The position numbers and the translations under genes are program-made. From Pseudomonadota bacterium (GTDB taxonomy: Bacteria > Pseudomonadota > Gammaproteobacteria > Steroidobacterales > Steroidobacteraceae), in the NCBI GenBank assembly GCA_947459825.1, contig CANHFH010000002.1, positions 17,150 to 81,149 of the forward strand: DNA of 64,000 nt, given 5' to 3'. Under the pieces are notes generated by a model. The model searched no databases, was not told where the DNA came from, and was given only the letters and a program-made list of their open reading frames with translations. Positions 59,389-64,000 of this stretch are shown here, in pieces (position 1 is the first letter of the stretch; each line of letters begins with the position of its first letter).

Positions 59389-60847
59389 TCGGAGTCCCGC
59401 TCGTCGCGTCGCCGGCCGCGTCCGCGGCGGGCCACCAGAGACGCATCTCGAGGCCAGAGGGTTTCGTGCCCGCCGACGCCGCGGCGTCAGCGACTGCCGG
59501 GGCGATGTTGCGCGCTTCGATGCGACCGCTGTGCGCCGCCATGGATCTCGCGGCGATGGCCAGACCGAGCCCGGTCCCGCCCGGTGCCGCGGCGTCGGCC
59601 ACGCGGTGGAAGGGTTCGAAGATCTGCTCGAGCTCGGCCTCCGGCACGCCGGGTCCGGCGTCGCGCACCCGCAGCGCGTAGCCACCGTCCTCGGGCGAGA
59701 GCCGGATCCTGACGGCGGTGCCGGGCGCCGTGTGACGCAGTGCGTTCCGCACCACGTTCTCGATGGCGGCGGTCACCCAGTGTGGATCGCCCAGGATCGT
59801 CGGCGCCACGATCGCTCCATCGCTCGTCGTGGTGACGGGATCAGTGGGCGGCTCCCAGTCGATGTGCTTGCCGAGCGCGTCGGCCTCGAAGCGTGCGTCC
59901 GCCACCGACCGCTCGATGACGGGCAGCAGTTCCATCGGCTCGCGGGACAGCGGCGGCGCGCCCGGCGCGAGGCGCGAGACATCGAGGATGCCGCTGACGA
60001 GCGCATCGAGCCGTTCCACCTCGGTATCGATGCGTGCGAGCTGGATGGCCGGGTCCGCGCCCTGCGCCGCGAGCCCGGTGGCGAGGCGCATGCGCGCGAG
60101 CGGCGAGCGGATCTCGTGCGACACATCCCGCAGCAGCCGTTCGCGCGACTGCAGCAGCGCGCCGATGCGCGAAGCCATCGCGTCGAAGGCGCCGGCGAGA
60201 CGACCGAGCTCGTCGCGGCGTGCGGCGGTGCGCGCGGGAGCGCGGGCCTCGAGGCGGCCGGCCGTGAGCGCCTCGGTCGCATCCTGCAGGTCGAGCACCG
60301 GTCGCGTGATGGAGCGGGCGAGCCACAGGCTCGCCAGCGCGGTGATGCCGAGCGCCATCAGCAGCAGCGATGCGGGGAGCCCCGGCAGGTCGAAGGGACC
60401 GAGCCGACGGCCGCGGGGCGGCAGCGGCAACAGCCGGAAGCGCTCGCCGTCATCGCTGGTGAGCGTCGGGATGCGCAGCCGCGCGCGCTCCATGACCTCG
60501 GGAGCCTGCGGTAGCGGCGTCGTCGAGGCGTCATCGAGGCGTGCTTGCAGCGGGGGCGGGATCGGTCGTCCGAGCAGCTCATCGCCCCAGTCATCGACCA
60601 CCAGGAAGCGCGGCCGACGGTCGCGCGGGTCCGCATCCTGCGCCTTCGCCCAAGCGGCGAGCCCGTCCCGTCCACCTTCGGCCAACGCGATCGCCGCCGC
60701 CTGCACCGCGCTGCGCGAGGCCTCGGCGGTCTGCTCGCGCTGCGCATCGAGCCACCAAGAGGTGAGCGCGACCGTGCCCGCGGCGACCGACAGCAGCGTG
60801 AGGAAGATCGCCGAAAAGATCCGCATGGCGAGCCGACCGCGGATCAT
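59375..60847 (-). CDS. sensor histidine kinase, CpxA-like
   Basis: ATG 60847 overlaps the response regulator stop (ATGA). It has a HAMP domain. The H-box is VSHEIRSPLARM, the N-box is NVVRNALRHT, and the G-boxes are DAGPGVP and GTGLGLAI. Its 3' end overlaps the convergent kinase by 14 nt. Confidence 0.85.
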   Translation of the reverse strand: MIRGRLAMRIFSAIFLTLLSVAAGTVALTSWWLDAQREQTAEASRSAVQAAAIALAEGGRDGLAAWAKAQDADPRDRRPRFLVVDDWGDELLGRPIPPPLQARLDDASTTPLPQAPEVMERARLRIPTLTSDDGERFRLLPLPPRGRRLGPFDLPGLPASLLLMALGITALASLWLARSITRPVLDLQDATEALTAGRLEARAPARTAARRDELGRLAGAFDAMASRIGALLQSRERLLRDVSHEIRSPLARMRLATGLAAQGADPAIQLARIDTEVERLDALVSGILDVSRLAPGAPPLSREPMELLPVIERSVADARFEADALGKHIDWEPPTDPVTTTSDGAIVAPTILGDPHWVTAAIENVVRNALRHTAPGTAVRIRLSPEDGGYALRVRDAGPGVPEAELEQIFEPFHRVADAAAPGGTGLGLAIAARSMAAHSGRIEARNIAPAVADAAASAGTKPSGLEMRLWWPAADAAGDATSGTPIRPG

Positions 60848-61578
60848 GCGGCGCCGTCCTCGATGAGCTCGTAGCCGGAGCCGCGTACCGCGCGGATCTG
60901 GACGCCGCCGCCCGCGGCCGAGATCTTGCGGCGCAGGTTGCTGACATGGGTGTCGATGGCGCGGTCGTAGAGCGCGAGCTTGCGGCCGAGCGCTTGCTGG
61001 GTGAGCGCACCGCGCTCGACCGGGGCGTCCGCGACCTGGGCCAGGCAGAGCAGCACGCGCCACTCCGCGCCGGTGAGCTCGAGCTGGGTCCCGCGCAGCG
61101 CCGCCCGTCGACGACGCGGGTCGAGCAGCAGCGGTCCGCACTGCAGCGGCGTGTCGTTGGGCGCAGCAGCCGCAGTTCCGGACCCGCCCCCGGCGTCCGC
61201 GGCCCCCGGCGACGGCGTGCGCCGCAGGATGGCGCGGACGCGAGCGGCGAGCTCGCGCGGATCGAAGGGCTTGGGTAGGTAATCGTCGGCACCGAGCTCG
61301 AGACCGACGATACGGTCCACGGGGTCGCCCCTCGCCGTCAGCATCAGCACCGGCAGCCGCGGGCGTGTGGCGCGCAGGTCGCGCAGCAGATCGAGGCCGC
61401 TGCGCCCGGGCAGCATGACATCGAGGATGACGAGGTCGGGCTCACGCGCGGCGAGGGCGCTCGCGGCGGCCTCGGCGTCGGGTGCGCTCGTCACGCCGAA
61501 GCCTTCACGCGAGAGATACTCGCCGAGCATACCGGCGAGTTCGCGGTCGTCGTCGATGATGAGGATGTGGCCGGGCAT
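60844..61578 (-). CDS. OmpR-family response regulator, CpxR-like
   Basis: It starts MPGHILIIDDD, with LVILDVMLP, DDYLPKPF and VRGSGY. It is divergent from a CpxP/Spy-family gene. Confidence 0.88.
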   Translation of the reverse strand: MPGHILIIDDDRELAGMLGEYLSREGFGVTSAPDAEAAASALAAREPDLVILDVMLPGRSGLDLLRDLRATRPRLPVLMLTARGDPVDRIVGLELGADDYLPKPFDPRELAARVRAILRRTPSPGAADAGGGSGTAAAAPNDTPLQCGPLLLDPRRRRAALRGTQLELTGAEWRVLLCLAQVADAPVERGALTQQALGRKLALYDRAIDTHVSNLRRKISAAGGGVQIRAVRGSGYELIEDGAA

Positions 61579-61748
61579 GTGATGGGCGGGATGTTGCCTT
61601 CCGGGGCCATGTTTGCAAAGGTGGCCGCCCGCTCTTCACACAACTTTTCAAGCCCTTTGCGGAATGCTCGCTCGTCCCACGGGTCTCAAGCGGTAGAGTG
61701 TGCGGCATCGAAGTGCCGCGGTCCGATCCCTGAACCAGGAGCCCAGAC

Positions 61749-62534
61749 ATGTCCCCGCGTTCCGCCAACCCCTCCTTCCTCATCGCCTCGGCGCTCTGCG
61801 CCGGCGCGTTGATCGCCGGCCGCGCGCTGGCCGACCAAGCACCGCCGCCCCCGCCGCCGCCGGGCGCGCCCACCACGGTCGTCGCCGAGCGTGTGATCGT
61901 GGTCGACAAGGACGGAAAGCTCATGGAGCAAGGGGCTGCGGCGATCAACGGCCGCCGCGTCGTCATCATCGACCACGACGGTGACGCCGAGGGTAGCGGC
62001 ATGGCCGGACCGGATGGTCGACGCCGTGACATCCTCATCATGAGCGACGGGCCGGGCGCGGACGGACGCCCGGGTGCTCGCATGATGCCGGGCAGGGGCA
62101 TGGAAGGCCCGCGCATGCGGGGCGGCAGGGTGGACGGGCCGGGCCATCGCGGCGTCGAGTGGATGATGCGCATGTCCCGCGAACTCGACTTCACGCCGGA
62201 GCAGCGGACGAAGATGCGCGGCCTGATGGAAGCGTCGCGACCGAAGATGGACGAACTGCGCGGGCAGCTGCGCGCGCAGCGGCTGAAGCTGCGCGAGGCG
62301 GACCCGAACGCGAAGGGCTACGACGCGCTGGTCGCGTCGACCTCGAAGCGCATCGGCGAACTGTCCGCTCAGCGCGAGCAGCAGCGTGCGCAGTTGCGGC
62401 GGCAGGTGTGGCAGCTGCTGACGCCCGAGCAGCGCGCCAAAGCCGACACCAAGAAGGCCGAGGCGAAGAAACGCCGCGACGAGCAGGCCGACCGCATGGA
62501 GCGCCGCGCGCGGGAGCTGCGCGGCACGCCCTGA
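61749..62534 (+). CDS. periplasmic CpxP/Spy-family (LTxxQ) protein with extended Pro/Gly/Arg/Met-rich N-terminal half
   Basis: It has a signal peptide. Two LTxxQ-type motifs are present (FTPEQRTKM and LTPEQRAKA) in the C-terminal half. The total length is 261 aa. Confidence 0.7.
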   Translation: MSPRSANPSFLIASALCAGALIAGRALADQAPPPPPPPGAPTTVVAERVIVVDKDGKLMEQGAAAINGRRVVIIDHDGDAEGSGMAGPDGRRRDILIMSDGPGADGRPGARMMPGRGMEGPRMRGGRVDGPGHRGVEWMMRMSRELDFTPEQRTKMRGLMEASRPKMDELRGQLRAQRLKLREADPNAKGYDALVASTSKRIGELSAQREQQRAQLRRQVWQLLTPEQRAKADTKKAEAKKRRDEQADRMERRARELRGTP

Positions 62535-62595
62535 CACCGCGGCGGCGCAGGCCGCGCGAGGGGGTCGGGCGCATCGGGCCGGCCGGACAGAGCTC

Positions 62596-62633
62596 AAAAA
62601 AAAGCCCGGGACGTCGCCGTCCCGGGCTTTTTC
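62596..62633. terminator. bidirectional rho-independent terminator
   Basis: A8-AGCCCGGGAC-gtcgcc-GTCCCGGGCT-T5 lies between the convergent cpxP-like and HU genes. Confidence 0.85.
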
Positions 62634-62652
62634 ATGGCTATGGCCTGATCGG

Positions 62653-62964
62653 TCAGTTGACCATGTTCTTCAGGTTCTTCAGCGCCATGGCGCGGATCTT
62701 CTTCGAGGCGGGCTTGGCCTTGAAGACCATCTTCTCGCCGGTGAAGGGGTTGATGCCCTCGCGCGCCTTGGTGGCGGGCTTCTTCACGACCTTGAACTTG
62801 GCGACGCCCGGCAGCGTGAACAGGCTGTTCGCGCGCAGGCTCTTCTTCATGACGCCGTTCAGGGACTCGAACACGGAACTCACGGCCTTGCGCGAGAGAC
62901 CGGTGTCTTTCGCGATCTGGTTGAGGATTTCCGACTTGGTCGGCGGGCCGGCCTTTTTCGCCAT
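62653..62964 (-). CDS. HU/IHF-family nucleoid-associated DNA-binding protein
   Basis: The start is taken at ATG 62964. It begins MAKKAGPPTKSEILNQIAKDTGLSRKAVSSVFESL and contains GINPFTGEKMVFKAKPA. Confidence 0.85.
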   Translation of the reverse strand: MAKKAGPPTKSEILNQIAKDTGLSRKAVSSVFESLNGVMKKSLRANSLFTLPGVAKFKVVKKPATKAREGINPFTGEKMVFKAKPASKKIRAMALKNLKNMVN

Positions 62965-63098
62965 CTGTTGATTCTCCTGGTTTTTATGGGTGCGCGGCAT
63001 GCCGCGCGTCGCATTTCGGGGCGAAACATAGCACATCAAGCCGCGGGAAAAAACACTTTTCGCGCGTCCCGAGGCTAGAAAAACCGGCATTTCGCGCA

Positions 63099-63629
63099 TC
63101 AGCGCAAGAGGATCAGCAGCACCTGGATGATGATCGCCGCCCACATCGGCGAGAGGTCCAGTCCCGCGAAGGAAGGTACGGCACGGCGGATGCGCGAGAG
63201 CACGGGTTCGCAGAGCGCCTCGAGGATGTCGAGCAACGGCGAATCCTGGCCCGGCGCGATCATCGACAGCAGGGCGTAGATGAAGATCGCCCAGAAATAG
63301 AGCCAAAGCGCCGAGCGCAGGACCTCACGCCCGGCCTCCAACAGCCAGGTCCCGGCATCCGGGAAGCCGCCGCCGGTGAGCAGCGCGAGCACGCCGATCT
63401 GGGCGAGAGCCACTGCGAGCACCGCCACCACCGACCCGGTATCGATGCGGCCGAACGACGGCAGCACGCGCCGCAGCGGCAATACGAGCCAGTCCGTGGC
63501 CTGCAGGATCGCTGCGCCGAAGGGGTTGCGGAACCCCGCGCGCACCCATTGCAGGAGGCAGCGCAGCAGGAACGCCCAAAAGAGCAGCGAGAACAGTGTG
63601 TCGACCAGGAACGCCAGCGCGTCGATCAT
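63099..63629 (-). CDS. yggT: YggT-family integral membrane protein
   Basis: 176 aa with duplicated YggT repeats. It lies immediately downstream of proC, as in many bacteria. Confidence 0.8.
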   Translation of the reverse strand: MIDALAFLVDTLFSLLFWAFLLRCLLQWVRAGFRNPFGAAILQATDWLVLPLRRVLPSFGRIDTGSVVAVLAVALAQIGVLALLTGGGFPDAGTWLLEAGREVLRSALWLYFWAIFIYALLSMIAPGQDSPLLDILEALCEPVLSRIRRAVPSFAGLDLSPMWAAIIIQVLLILLR

Positions 63630-63630
63630 G

Positions 63631-64000
63631 TCAGCCTCTCTTGACGGTGCTGTCCGGTACGGCCTGCGCGAGTTCGCGGCCGCGGCGGGTGGCCGATTCC
63701 ACCGCCTCCGCGACGAGGCGCTCTAGACCGCCGGCTTCAAGGGTGGTGAGCGCGGCCGCGGTGGTGCCGCCACGCGAGGTCACGGCGGCGCGCAGGCCTG
63801 CGAGGTCGGCGTCGGCTGCGGCCATGGCGCCGGCGCCCGCGAGCGTCGCCGCGGCCAGCCGCGCCGCGACCTCCGCGGGCAGACCCTGGGCGCGCCCGGC
63901 ATCGGCCAAAGCCTCGGCGAGTCTGAAGAAATAGGCCGGGCCGCTGCCCGAGACGGCGGTGACCGCGTCCATCAGCATCTCGGAGTCGATCCACGCCACC
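63631..64000 (-). CDS. proC: pyrroline-5-carboxylate reductase, C-terminal part (gene runs off the right edge)
   Basis: It contains SGSGPAYFF and VTSRGGTTAAAL. The stop is at 63631 and the N-terminus lies outside the window. Confidence 0.85.
   Translation of the reverse strand, partial: VAWIDSEMLMDAVTAVSGSGPAYFFRLAEALADAGRAQGLPAEVAARLAAATLAGAGAMAAADADLAGLRAAVTSRGGTTAAALTTLEAGGLERLVAEAVESATRRGRELAQAVPDSTVKRG

Noticed and set aside
61579-61748. CpxR binding boxes in the cpxR/cpxP-like divergent region.
   Set aside because: Only two TTTGC pentamers (61612, 61656) are present, 44 bp apart. There is no GTAAA-N5-GTAAA-like tandem.
62992-63007. Perfect 16-bp palindrome GCGCGGCATGCCGCGC between yggT and the HU gene, considered as a terminator.
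   Set aside because: It has no flanking T or A run on either strand. It is more likely a 5'-UTR hairpin of the HU mRNA or a chance GC palindrome, and there is not enough evidence to annotate it.

Overview
Very GC-rich bacterial chromosomal segment, probably proteobacterial (G+C not computed, roughly 70% by eye). Long antisense shadow ORFs are common. I recognised no rRNA, tRNA, CRISPR array, transposase or integrase. About 55 genes are supportable. (1) 1-17.7 kb is an accessory carbohydrate-utilisation locus. A tightly packed minus-strand operon joins a SuyA/SuyB-like split UxaA-family lyase, an Ldh_2 (ComC-like) dehydrogenase and a D-2-hydroxyacid dehydrogenase to glpD-glpK. It diverges from a GntR/HutC regulator followed by a PfkB kinase, a LacD/YihT-type class I aldolase, a FucI/AraA-like isomerase, a GH31 glycosidase, a TonB-dependent receptor and a TRAP transporter. 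My main hypothesis is that this is a non-canonical sulfoquinovose / sulfoquinovosyl-glycerol mineralisation locus: a sulfo-EMP-like upper pathway plus sulfolactate desulfonation plus glycerol catabolism. (2) 17.7-22.9 kb holds an LMW-PTP homologue with its nucleophile Cys replaced by Asp, an ECF sigma factor, a free-standing paralogue of the kinase N-terminal domain, a UrcA-family protein, a large membrane Ser/Thr kinase and a small secreted protein. (3) 25.6-32.1 kb holds two tandem secreted S8 proteases with GlyGly-CTERM-like tails. The second carries an 8-unit, 261-267 bp in-frame tandem repeat array. (4) From 32.9 kb on the content is mostly housekeeping: rpsU-yqeY-dnaG-rpoD, tsaD, folB, cca, degQ, hsp20, split class II RNR (nrdJa/nrdJb) behind a long unusual leader, htpG, msrB, two two-component systems including a Cpx-like cpxP/cpxRA arrangement, HU, yggT and proC. 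All functional calls come from motif and sequence recognition by eye. No searches were run.
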